From Candidatus Kapaibacterium sp. (GTDB lineage Bacteria > Bacteroidota > Ignavibacteria > Kapaibacteriales > UBA2268), in NCBI GenBank assembly GCA_026390675.1, contig JAPLFM010000187.1, forward strand, positions 2,012-47,448: a DNA stretch of 45,437 nt. The letters are read 5' to 3'. Shown here one piece after another: positions 7,748 to 17,266 of this stretch. A program made the translations under genes and the position numbers. The notes under the pieces are model-generated. The model ran no database searches and had not been told where the DNA came from. It saw nothing but the letters and a program-made list of their open reading frames with translations. The first letter of the stretch is position 1. Every line of letters begins with the position of its first letter.

Positions 7748-8836
7748 ATGAAAATATTCAAATCAATAGCATTGTTCGTCTTGGTTTTACTTTCTTTGAT
7801 TTTTTATATAAAATATAATCTAAAGCTAGATTTAGATACAATAGAATCCACTCAATCAATTTTAAAATCCAAACTTTTACTAGCAGGGGAACTGCCATAT
7901 TTAGATTTTAAATTGTACCAAGCACCATTATATCTGATTTTGCTAGCTCTATTTATTAAAAAACTAGGAGTAATCTATGGTTTGATTATACTCCACATTA
8001 GTATTAATACTTTAATTTCATATTTGCTTTATAGATTATCTAAAAGATTGATTTTAGAACACAAGATTTTAAATTTATTGATTTTTGTTTTATCTTTCTG
8101 CTTTTTGTTCAAATTTCTACCTTTTTTTTATGACAATCCTATAAATCTGTTTTGGCTATTTTCGATAATAACTATACTTTATTTTTTTAGATATGTAGAA
8201 AGAGCAGAAAAAAAGTATTTAATATATACTTCTTTCTTTTTAACTTTAGTTGTACTTACTAAACACGATTCATTACTATATTTTTATGGCTTTATTTTTC
8301 AAGCTGTTTTATTCCATGAATTATCTTTAAAAGAAACAAATATTCCACTTTTAAAAAGACTTATATCCAGCTTTAGACATCCATTATATTTAGTGGGATT
8401 TACATTACTATTTGCATCACCATTCTTAATTATTCTCTTTTACAAGGTACCTTTTGAGGTTTTAAAGTTTAATCTATACGAGATGTCAATATTAAAATTT
8501 AAAGAGTTCAATAATGTTAATTTTCCTAGTTTTGTCAATTCAGGATTATATAATTTTAAAGCTATTATTTTAAATTCTAATTCATTATTGTTTTATCTTC
8601 CATTATTAGTCTATTTTTATGGCTTAGTATATATTGTAATGAGATATAGAAAAGGTTTGTTACCCTTGAGTAGTTATACCTTTTGGTTAGAAATGACAAC
8701 AATTAATCTAGGAATGAATTTGTTTACTCCTGCTTGGGTTGTATCAAGAGCCGAGATGGTAATTCCATCAGTAGTAATTGGGTTTGTTTTAACTATTTAT
8801 TATATTTTAAGTTTTAAAGAAAAGGAAATAATTTGA
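7748..8836 (+). CDS. Polytopic inner-membrane protein of unknown function (possibly a GT-C/ArnT-like fold)
   Basis: 362 aa, very hydrophobic with at least 9 predicted helices. I recognise no motif. Confidence 0.55.
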   Translation: MKIFKSIALFVLVLLSLIFYIKYNLKLDLDTIESTQSILKSKLLLAGELPYLDFKLYQAPLYLILLALFIKKLGVIYGLIILHISINTLISYLLYRLSKRLILEHKILNLLIFVLSFCFLFKFLPFFYDNPINLFWLFSIITILYFFRYVERAEKKYLIYTSFFLTLVVLTKHDSLLYFYGFIFQAVLFHELSLKETNIPLLKRLISSFRHPLYLVGFTLLFASPFLIILFYKVPFEVLKFNLYEMSILKFKEFNNVNFPSFVNSGLYNFKAIILNSNSLLFYLPLLVYFYGLVYIVMRYRKGLLPLSSYTFWLEMTTINLGMNLFTPAWVVSRAEMVIPSVVIGFVLTIYYILSFKEKEII

Positions 8837-9277
8837 TTATTTTTTTCTATTTAAAGCCAACAAATCATCAATTTCTAGAGCGTTAATCAAATAAGAACGA
8901 ATAATATTCTCATTGATTTGGCTTAAATCTGTATAATCCTTCCAATAAACCTGTTTACGATTTTCCTTGACTAAAAATCCTATTTCATCATTGAGCAAAT
9001 AACCTTTAGCAAAACCTAATCTTACTCCTTCATTCGTTTTTTTGGAACCCCATAAAACTGAGGAAGGCCAAATAAATGCTATGCTATAATGTCTTTTGTA
9101 AAACGGAACATTAAAAGAAAGGAATTCAGTACAGTTAGGGATGGTTTCAAGCAAAATACTTCTTAAAGCTAAGGCAATTTCAAGTTCATTTTCTGGTAAA
9201 AAATCAAAACAATCATTAATTGTTTTAAATTTTACATTTTGCATTTTCCTTTTAGGTTTATCAAAGCTTAGTTCCAT
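8837..9277 (-). CDS. DUF1801 (YdhG-like) domain protein
   Basis: 146 aa. The pattern LSFNVPFYKRHYSIAFIWPSS...GVRLGFAKG resembles DUF1801 family members. Its stop codon directly abuts the stop of the convergent gene at 8836. Confidence 0.5.
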   Translation of the reverse strand: MELSFDKPKRKMQNVKFKTINDCFDFLPENELEIALALRSILLETIPNCTEFLSFNVPFYKRHYSIAFIWPSSVLWGSKKTNEGVRLGFAKGYLLNDEIGFLVKENRKQVYWKDYTDLSQINENIIRSYLINALEIDDLLALNRKK

Positions 9278-9306
9278 TTTTAAATGCCTAATAAAATAGA
9301 AAGATT

Positions 9307-10344
9307 CTATTTCTTCTTAGATTTCAACGTTGCATTAGCTGTAAATATAGACTCATTTATTGCTTTAGGCATTAAATCTATTTTAAAAACTTTATGCTTA
9401 ACTTTACTATTAATAACTGCTGTTGGCATTGATGGAGCAACTGCTGTTGTAGGATCTTGTACTAAGATTTTCCCACCTAACATTGCAATATGAGAAGCCC
9501 CATTAACTCCATCTCTTCCAAGACCAGTTAATACTACTCCAATACAATATTCACCAAATGCTTCGGCTGCACTTCTAAAAAGTGGATCAGCAGATGGTCT
9601 AACAAAATTCTCTTTAGGTCCTGCATCCAAAGAAAGAGTAAAATCAGATGAATTTATTCTAATATGAAAATCTCCAGGTGCAAGATAAATAGCACCAGCT
9701 TTACTTTCCATACCCTCTTCAACTAAAAAAACATCTAATTCTGTTTCTTTTTTAATTCTTTGAGCAAAAGTTTCTAACATCCATGGAGGTCCATGTTGCA
9801 CTAGGTAAAACGCCGCTGTTGAATTTGAATTTATGTTTTTAATTAATTCTAAAATTGTAGGAGGTCCACCAGTAGAAGTAGCAATTACTACACACACAAA
9901 TGGAGGCAAGTTGTTATTTTTTTTAATTAAATTACTTTCTTTGTCCACCTTGTAAATTGGTTTTTGACGATGTTTTAAAAGACCATCTTTAACAATACCC
10001 AAAAGGTCATGAACATTTATAGGTTTGGCTATATAATCATCAGCACCAGCTTCTAAAGCATATTCTTTACTATCTCGAGAAACTAAAGCAGTAATCATAA
10101 CAATATAAGGTGCTGGCTTTTCCTTTTTTTCTCTTACTCTTCTAATTAATTCAATACCATCAACTTTTGGCATCATCCAATCTGTCAGAATTACATCAAA
10201 TGTTTCTTTTTCTAAATGGAGAAGAGCATCATGCCCGTTATTCGCAACTACTACTGAGTAACCTGCATTAGATAATACTCTTTTTAATAGAATCGAATTT
10301 GTTAGTTCGTCTTCAACAACTAATATTTTGGCAGTTGTATTCAA
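9307..10344 (-). CDS. cheB: Protein-glutamate methylesterase/glutaminase CheB (REC + CheB methylesterase domains)
   Basis: N-terminal receiver (ILVVEDE, ILTDWMMPKVDG, IAKP). C-terminal domain with catalytic contexts ATSTGGPP (Ser), LVQHGPPWM (His) and LTGLGRDG (Asp). Confidence 0.85.
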   Translation of the reverse strand: MNTTAKILVVEDELTNSILLKRVLSNAGYSVVVANNGHDALLHLEKETFDVILTDWMMPKVDGIELIRRVREKKEKPAPYIVMITALVSRDSKEYALEAGADDYIAKPINVHDLLGIVKDGLLKHRQKPIYKVDKESNLIKKNNNLPPFVCVVIATSTGGPPTILELIKNINSNSTAAFYLVQHGPPWMLETFAQRIKKETELDVFLVEEGMESKAGAIYLAPGDFHIRINSSDFTLSLDAGPKENFVRPSADPLFRSAAEAFGEYCIGVVLTGLGRDGVNGASHIAMLGGKILVQDPTTAVAPSMPTAVINSKVKHKVFKIDLMPKAINESIFTANATLKSKKK

Positions 10345-10441
10345 TGTTTATTTCACTTTTTATTAAAATATTTATATAAATTAACTAAAAATATAATTTA
10401 ATAATAATTTTAAATGTTAATTCATAAAATTATTTGCTATT

Positions 10442-12493
10442 TTACTCATTTGGCTCGAAAACTGAATTTTCAATACTTGAATTTAAAATATAATCGAAAT
10501 CAAAATTTGATATGAAAAATGGAGTTTCTGAACGGTAGATTTTAGGAAGTTTGATATTTCCATAAGTACCATATTCTTCAATATAAGTAAGAGTAGCAAT
10601 TGGACCTTGAGAAGTTTCTTCTACTTGTTCAATTTTAGAAATCAAAAAAGATGTTTCATTATAAAAATAAGTAAATGTAGAACCATTCTTGTTGATTGCT
10701 TTCAACATTATCAAACCATCTCTTTTGCCTAATACTTCACACTGGAAACCATTTTCTAGTAATAAATAATCTTTAAAAAGGGTAGCTTCTTGCTTGGTTT
10801 TTTCAAGATCATTATCTAAGATTTCAATTTTTTCAGAATTACTAATGTTCCAACCTTTATTTCCATTGTAAAGTACTGTAGTCTTAAAAATACCAAAGTC
10901 AGAGACTTGTTTGTATTTTTTATCTTTAGTTCTTATTTCAATATATGTACCTGGATACTGTTTGCCACCAGAATTTAGTTCAGCTTTCGCATTTGAACTA
11001 ATATTAGTTACAGCTTCAATATTTGCTCTTCCACCAATTGCATCAATTGCTTTATTTAACAATTCTTTAGCAGAAATATCTACTTTTTCAGCTAAGCTAG
11101 TTGGTTTCATTTCTACATCATAGTCAAAGATATTTCCAAATTTTTCTAAGCTTTTTCTTACAGACAAATCACCTACCACTATAATATATGAAGTCAAAGG
11201 GCTAAAATAAGTTTGTGCTGCTTTTTGAACTTCAAAATTTGTAGATGATAGCAATCTTGATGTATAATTCTGAACATATTCAACTGGCATATTATAAAAA
11301 TCAGCCGTTTGGACTAATCTTGTGATGTTTCCAACATCTTCAAAACCTAATGAATAATTACCGATTTTATACTGTTTCACAACATTAAAATCTTCTTCCA
11401 ACATACCTTTTTGAGCAATATTATTCATTTCTTTAACCATTACTGAAATTGTAGAATCAGTTACTGAATTTCTAACTTCTGCATTTAAAACAATTTTGTT
11501 AATAAACTTGTTTTCAGTTACATAAGAGTAAGGAGAATATGTAAACGAATGTTTTTCTCTTAAAATTTTAAACAGAATTCCCGAGAATCCGCTTCCCATA
11601 ACATTTGACAACATTTCAGCATTTTCAAAATCAGGATTGGCTCTACCAACAATTGGTGCAACATATTGAACAACTGACTGCACTGAAGCTGGACGATTAA
11701 CAAAATAAACACCTGCAGGCATTGGTTTTACAATTGGTACATCAAAGTCAAAAACATTTCCTTTTTTCCATAGACCAAACATATCTTCAAGTTTGGATAG
11801 TATTTCTTTTTCATCAATATCTCCACTTACTGCCAAAGTTACATTTGAAGCATTGAAAAGAATGTCGTGATATTGCTTTAAATCTTTTGTTTCAATAGCA
11901 TCTAAATCTTTTTCGGTAGTTAATTTCGAATAAGGGTGTTCTTTCCCATACAATGCAATTTTTGACATTTGACCAGCAAGGTAATCGCCATCAGTTTTTC
12001 TTTCTTGTAATTCAGCTCTTTTAACGTCTATAATTTTTGATAATTCATCTTTAGGAAATGAAGGATTAATTATTGCCTCTGCAAATATTTTTAATAGCTT
12101 ATCTTGGTTTTTTGTTAAACAGCCAGCATAAATCATATTGTATTCTGTTAAAGCAGAGCAGAATATACTTGCCGAAATAAAGTCCAATTCATCATTGATT
12201 TTTTCGGCAGTCATTTTGTTTGTGCCTTTAGTAAGCATAGACATTGTAATTCCTGCAAGTCCAGCTTTTTCTGAAGCAATTGCCCCACCTTTTATCAACA
12301 TAGAAAATTGAATGAGTGGTTGCTCATTATCTTTCATCAAATACACTTTCATTCCATTAGTTAAATATTTAATTGAAATATTTGGGAATATAGCTTTTTG
12401 TTCAGCCAATGGTATGGGTTTAGTTTTTAGCAATTCTGCATTTGCAAAATTTGAAAAACTTATAAAAAGTAATATTAAAAACAATTTCTTCAT
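10442..12493 (-). CDS. M16-family (pitrilysin/insulinase-like) peptidase, non-catalytic-type subunit with a ~230-aa C-terminal extension
   Basis: 683 aa with a signal peptide (MKKLFLILLFISFSNFANA). It has the M16 two-domain architecture but no HxxEH motif. It lies directly downstream of, and co-oriented with, the HxxEH-containing partner. Confidence 0.7.
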   Translation of the reverse strand: MKKLFLILLFISFSNFANAELLKTKPIPLAEQKAIFPNISIKYLTNGMKVYLMKDNEQPLIQFSMLIKGGAIASEKAGLAGITMSMLTKGTNKMTAEKINDELDFISASIFCSALTEYNMIYAGCLTKNQDKLLKIFAEAIINPSFPKDELSKIIDVKRAELQERKTDGDYLAGQMSKIALYGKEHPYSKLTTEKDLDAIETKDLKQYHDILFNASNVTLAVSGDIDEKEILSKLEDMFGLWKKGNVFDFDVPIVKPMPAGVYFVNRPASVQSVVQYVAPIVGRANPDFENAEMLSNVMGSGFSGILFKILREKHSFTYSPYSYVTENKFINKIVLNAEVRNSVTDSTISVMVKEMNNIAQKGMLEEDFNVVKQYKIGNYSLGFEDVGNITRLVQTADFYNMPVEYVQNYTSRLLSSTNFEVQKAAQTYFSPLTSYIIVVGDLSVRKSLEKFGNIFDYDVEMKPTSLAEKVDISAKELLNKAIDAIGGRANIEAVTNISSNAKAELNSGGKQYPGTYIEIRTKDKKYKQVSDFGIFKTTVLYNGNKGWNISNSEKIEILDNDLEKTKQEATLFKDYLLLENGFQCEVLGKRDGLIMLKAINKNGSTFTYFYNETSFLISKIEQVEETSQGPIATLTYIEEYGTYGNIKLPKIYRSETPFFISNFDFDYILNSSIENSVFEPNE

Positions 12494-12528
12494 TTTATCT
12501 ACTATTTAATTTTATTTGATTTAATTAA

Positions 12529-13851
12529 TTATTTTTGGTGCTGATAGTAATACAAAACTACCCTATTCTTTTTGCCAAAATACTTTTCAGCTGCTTTTTT
12601 TATGTCTGCTTTAGTAACTGCCAAATATTTTTTTATCTCGTTATTAATCAATTGTGCATCTCCATAATATGTATGGTATGATGCTAACATTGATGCTTTT
12701 GACCATACATTTTTTGTTTGCTGTATGCTTTCAGTCTCTTTTAAGTTTTTAGCTTTTTCAAGTTCTCTATCAGTTACTCCTTTTTTAATTAAAAGAGCAA
12801 TTTCATCATCAAACATTTCAAGCATATCTTCTAATTTTTTCCCTTGATTAGGTAAAGCATTTAAAACAAATGCACCTGATTTTTCCATTTGATCATAATA
12901 CATAGATACTTGAACAGCAATTCTCTCTTCTTCAACCATTTTTTTGTTAAGTCTTGAACTAGCTCCTGATGAAAGAATATCAATTAAAAGTTCTGCTGCA
13001 TAAGCATCATTATCAGTTTTATTTGGAGCTCGATAAGCTACAAAAACAGCTGGTAATTGAATCTTTGGATCAATTACATCTTCTTTGATTTCACCTAAGG
13101 TGTAATCTGAAACAGGTAATTCAAATCTAACTGGTTCTTTTGATTTTGGAATACTACCAAAATATTCTTTAACATATTTTTTAACAGAATCAACATCAAT
13201 ATCACCAGAAATAGCTAATGTTGCATTGTTTGGTTGGTAGAAATTATTATAAAAATTTTGAAATTCCTTAACTTCTGACTTATTTATATGGTCAGCAGAT
13301 CCTATCGTTTGCCATTCATAAGAACTACCTTTAAAAAGCTTTGAGTAAAGTTTTTCATTAGCATCACCATAAGGTTGGTTATCCAATCTATTACTTCTTT
13401 CTTCTTTTACTATTGCTCTTTGAGTTTCTACGCCTTCTTTTTCAACTTGCAAATTTCTCATTCTTGAAGATTCAATCCAAAGTGGTAGTTTGATTTGGTG
13501 AGCTGGCACCATATTTTCAAAAACAGTTTCATCAACTGAAGTATGAGCATTCAATTCTCCACCTACTTCATTGATATACTTACCTATAGATGACCTAGGT
13601 ATTTCATTGGTTGCTTCAAACATTAAATGTTCAAAAAAATGAGCAAATCCTGTTCTTTGTGGATTTTCATCTTTTGAACCTACTTTGTAATGCAAAATAA
13701 CTGCACAAACTGGAGCTGACTTATCTACATTATATATTACATGAAGACCATTTTCTAAGGTTTCTTGCTCTATTTTTATCACATTACTTTGTGATAAACC
13801 AAAGTTAGAAGCTAAAAATAAAACAAATAAGCTTAATATAATTTTTTTCAT
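12529..13851 (-). CDS. M16-family zinc peptidase (catalytic subunit type)
   Basis: 440 aa with a signal peptide. The inverted zinc motif HFFEH lies in GFAHFFEHLMFE, followed by the downstream Glu region typical of M16B. Confidence 0.85.
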   Translation of the reverse strand: MKKIILSLFVLFLASNFGLSQSNVIKIEQETLENGLHVIYNVDKSAPVCAVILHYKVGSKDENPQRTGFAHFFEHLMFEATNEIPRSSIGKYINEVGGELNAHTSVDETVFENMVPAHQIKLPLWIESSRMRNLQVEKEGVETQRAIVKEERSNRLDNQPYGDANEKLYSKLFKGSSYEWQTIGSADHINKSEVKEFQNFYNNFYQPNNATLAISGDIDVDSVKKYVKEYFGSIPKSKEPVRFELPVSDYTLGEIKEDVIDPKIQLPAVFVAYRAPNKTDNDAYAAELLIDILSSGASSRLNKKMVEEERIAVQVSMYYDQMEKSGAFVLNALPNQGKKLEDMLEMFDDEIALLIKKGVTDRELEKAKNLKETESIQQTKNVWSKASMLASYHTYYGDAQLINNEIKKYLAVTKADIKKAAEKYFGKKNRVVLYYYQHQK

Positions 13852-14303
13852 ACTTTAAAATCTATTATTATTCGAAAAATACTAAAATGTGAATGTTAAA
13901 TTAAACAAAAATTGAATTTTTAGATTAATTCCCTGCAAAAATACACAAAAATCAAATTGTGGTTACACAATAATTGGTGAAAGACAAAAATATACTTGAA
14001 ATATTTGAAAGTTGATAGATTTAAATTTGAAATAACATTATTGTAAATTGTAATGAGATTGTATTCTAACTCTTTACATTGCAACAAAATAAGTTGTATT
14101 TTGAATTCGAATACCAACTAGTAGTAATTCAACTTTTTGAAAATTAATTTGTAACAGCTTATTTGTGTGGAAATAATTCAACACTTTTAAAAAAATCAAA
14201 GCTAATTTGTCTTTATACCCAATCAATTTAAAACTTGAATAAGATTAACTGTATAGTTAAATTGCAAGTTCAAAAATTCAAAAATAAATTAATTTGGTAA
14301 AAC

Positions 14304-17159
14304 ATGAAAAAGCATATTCTCTCATATCTAATAGTAATTTCACTTTTGATTTCATTTAATATTGGCAAGGCTAGTGAAATTCAAGAAGGAAACTTTATCT
14401 CTAATGTTAGACAACTTATTTATGAAGGTAAACGCTCTGGTGAAGGATATTTCTCTCAAGATGGGAAAAAACTGATTTTTCAAAGTGAAAGAATTGATGA
14501 TAATCCCTTTTATCAAATTTTTATGTTAAATTTCGAAACAGGTGACATTAACCAAGTTTCAAATGGTACTGGCAAAACTACTTGTGCCTATTTCCAATGG
14601 AATGGTACAAGAGTACTTTATTCTTCTAGTTATTTAGATCCCAAAGCTAAACAAAAACAAAAAGATGAATTAGATTTTCGTGCTTCAGGTAAAAAGAAAA
14701 GATACTCTTGGGATTATGAACCAGAAATGGACATCTTTTCTGCAGATCAAGATGGTAAAAATATTAAGAGATTAACTTCTGAATTTGGTTATGATGCAGA
14801 AGGTTCATTTTCACCTGATGGGAAAACTATTGTTTTCTCTTCAAATCGAAGTGCTTATGCTAAAAATATGACTGATAAAGATAAAAAACAGCTTGAACTT
14901 GATGCTTCTTATTTCTGTGAACTTTACACTATGAATGCGGATGGCTCTAATGTTAGGCAGTTAACTAATACTCCCGGATATGATGGTGGTCCATTTTTCT
15001 CTCAAGATGGTACAAAAATAATTTGGAGAAGATTTTCTCCTGATGGACACTCAGCAGATATTTATACTATGAATGCAGATGGCACTAATGAAAAAAAGAT
15101 TACAGATTTTGGTGCAATGTCTTGGGCTCCTTTCTTTGACCCAACTGGAGAATACATAGTATTTGCTTCTAATAAATTTGGTTTTGGAAATTTTGAAGTT
15201 TTTTTAGTTGATAAAAATGGTGAAAAAGAACCTGTAAGAGTTACTAACACCGATGGATTTGATGGTTTGCCAGTTATATCGCCAGACGGTAAAAAATTAT
15301 GTTGGACTTCTGGTCGTTCCAAAGATGCTTCAAACCAACTATTTATTGCTGATTGGAGCAATGCTGGCGCTTTAAAAGCATTAGCTGAAGCACCAAAACG
15401 AAATCAAACTGCACTAATGAATTTTACTTCTGAAATATTAACAAGTGAATTAAAAGCTAAAGTTTCTTACTTTGCTTCAGAGGAATTGGAAGGTAGAATG
15501 ACTGGAAGCGAAGGTACAAGACTTGCTGCAAACTATATCAAAACTCAAATTGAAAAGTTAGGTTTGAAACCTCTTGGCGAAACATTTGATTACAAATTTG
15601 ATTTCGTTCAAGATATTGTGATTAATGATTCAAAAAATTCTTTGTCATTTAATGGACAAAATTGGAAATTATATGATAGTTTCATTCCAGATTTATCAAG
15701 CAATAATGGAGAAATAAGTGGTAATGTAGCTTTTGTTGGGTATGGAATTAAAACTGGAACTAATAGTGAAAAAGAATACAATTCTTACAAAGGATTGGAT
15801 GTAAAAGGCAAAATAGTAATGATGCTTTCAGGTATGCCTGATGGTTTGAAGGAAGAAGAAAAGAAATCTATGTTACATTACTCTGATAAAATGTTCAAGA
15901 TAATGGTAGCAAGAGAGCTTGGAGCAGTAGGAGTAGTTTTTATTTCAAATAGGCAATATTTTTCTAAGCCAAAAGCAGGCTCAATTCCAGCAAAAGCAGG
16001 ATTGGTAATTGGAAATGTTAACTATCAAATTGCAAATCAAATTCTAAAATCAATGGAAACAAATGTTGATACTTTGATTGCTCAACTCAAAGATTCTAGC
16101 CCACATTTTAGTGGTTCTTTTGATATAAAAAGTGCAAAATTAGAAATGAAAGTTGATTTGAGCAAAAAAATTGGTCAAGACAATGATGTATTGGCTTATA
16201 TACCTGCTAGTAAAGCTACAGATGATTATATCTTGATAGGTGGGCATTATGACCATCTTGGAAAAGGAGAAACTAGCTCACTATCTGATGATGAACATAA
16301 AAACTTTATCCATAATGGTGCTGACGACAATGCTTCTGGTACTTCAGCTGTACTTGAACTTGCAGAATATTTTGCTAATTTGAAAAAAGACAAACCTGAA
16401 CTATTTACTAAAAATGTGATTTTCGGTTGGTGGTCTGGTGAAGAATTAGGTTTAGTTGGTTCCGAAGCATTTTGTGACAAACCAAGCATTGATATAAAGA
16501 AAATCAAAGCATATTTTAATTTTGATATGGTTGGTATGCTAAAAGAAAACAAACTTTCTGCTCAAGGCTTAGGTTCATCACCGGGTTGGAAAAAAATTCT
16601 TGAAAAGAAAAATATTGTTGCAGGTTTTGATTTGAAAATGCAAGATGATCCATATTTACCAACTGATGCTATGGCATTCTATAAGAAAGGTGTTCCTGTA
16701 ATAGCTTTCTTTACAGGGCTTCACGAATACTACCATAGATATAATGATGATATAGAGAATTTGAATTTTGAAGGAATGGGAAAAATTACAAAATTCGCTG
16801 CAAATGTAATTACTGAAGTAATGAAAACTGATAGCAATTTGGCTTATGCAAGTGTTGCTATGTCAAGCAATCAAGCAAGTGCAAAAAGTTTTGGAGTTGC
16901 TCTTGGTACTATACCAGACTACACTGCTGATGTGGAAGGAATGAAACTTTCTGGTGTTAGAACTGGTGGTGCTGCGGAAAAAGCAGGTATAAAAGGTGGA
17001 GATATTATAATCAAACTTGCTGGGAAAGATATTAAAAATATTTATGATTACACTAATATGCTATCGGAGCTTAAAGCAGGAGAAAAATATAAAATTACAA
17101 TCATAAGAGATAAAGTTAATATGGAATTGGAAATTATTCCAGCTTTACCAAATCATTAA
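14304..17159 (+). CDS. Secreted multidomain peptidase: TolB-like PD40 beta-propeller, PA domain, M28 aminopeptidase and C-terminal PDZ
   Basis: 951 aa. The N-terminal half has repeated FSPDGKxIxFxSxR PD40 motifs. M28 metal-ligand contexts are GGHYDHLG, GADDNASGTSAVLELA, GEELGLVGS and FNFDMVG. The PDZ-like tail is GVRTGGAAEKAGIKGGDIIIKLAGKDI. Confidence 0.85.
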   Translation: MKKHILSYLIVISLLISFNIGKASEIQEGNFISNVRQLIYEGKRSGEGYFSQDGKKLIFQSERIDDNPFYQIFMLNFETGDINQVSNGTGKTTCAYFQWNGTRVLYSSSYLDPKAKQKQKDELDFRASGKKKRYSWDYEPEMDIFSADQDGKNIKRLTSEFGYDAEGSFSPDGKTIVFSSNRSAYAKNMTDKDKKQLELDASYFCELYTMNADGSNVRQLTNTPGYDGGPFFSQDGTKIIWRRFSPDGHSADIYTMNADGTNEKKITDFGAMSWAPFFDPTGEYIVFASNKFGFGNFEVFLVDKNGEKEPVRVTNTDGFDGLPVISPDGKKLCWTSGRSKDASNQLFIADWSNAGALKALAEAPKRNQTALMNFTSEILTSELKAKVSYFASEELEGRMTGSEGTRLAANYIKTQIEKLGLKPLGETFDYKFDFVQDIVINDSKNSLSFNGQNWKLYDSFIPDLSSNNGEISGNVAFVGYGIKTGTNSEKEYNSYKGLDVKGKIVMMLSGMPDGLKEEEKKSMLHYSDKMFKIMVARELGAVGVVFISNRQYFSKPKAGSIPAKAGLVIGNVNYQIANQILKSMETNVDTLIAQLKDSSPHFSGSFDIKSAKLEMKVDLSKKIGQDNDVLAYIPASKATDDYILIGGHYDHLGKGETSSLSDDEHKNFIHNGADDNASGTSAVLELAEYFANLKKDKPELFTKNVIFGWWSGEELGLVGSEAFCDKPSIDIKKIKAYFNFDMVGMLKENKLSAQGLGSSPGWKKILEKKNIVAGFDLKMQDDPYLPTDAMAFYKKGVPVIAFFTGLHEYYHRYNDDIENLNFEGMGKITKFAANVITEVMKTDSNLAYASVAMSSNQASAKSFGVALGTIPDYTADVEGMKLSGVRTGGAAEKAGIKGGDIIIKLAGKDIKNIYDYTNMLSELKAGEKYKITIIRDKVNMELEIIPALPNH

Positions 17160-17266
17160 TATTCTTAGTTATCTGTTAAAGGTATGTATGAATCTCAGTT
17201 ATAAAACACCAAACTTTTTTCTGTCATACCTTAGAAACAAGAGATCTGAATTATGAATTATAAATT

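Noticed and set aside
8834-8839. Zero-length intergenic spacer between convergent genes (stop 8836 / stop 8837) as a special regulatory arrangement
   Set aside because: It is noted but not pursued. Abutting convergent stops occur by chance in compact genomes, and no hairpin or other signal is visible.
13920-14117. 65-aa minus-strand ORF in the divergent intergenic region between the M16 and M28 peptidase genes
   Set aside because: It has AT-rich low-complexity translation, no ribosome-binding context and no recognisable features. It is most likely promoter-region noise.
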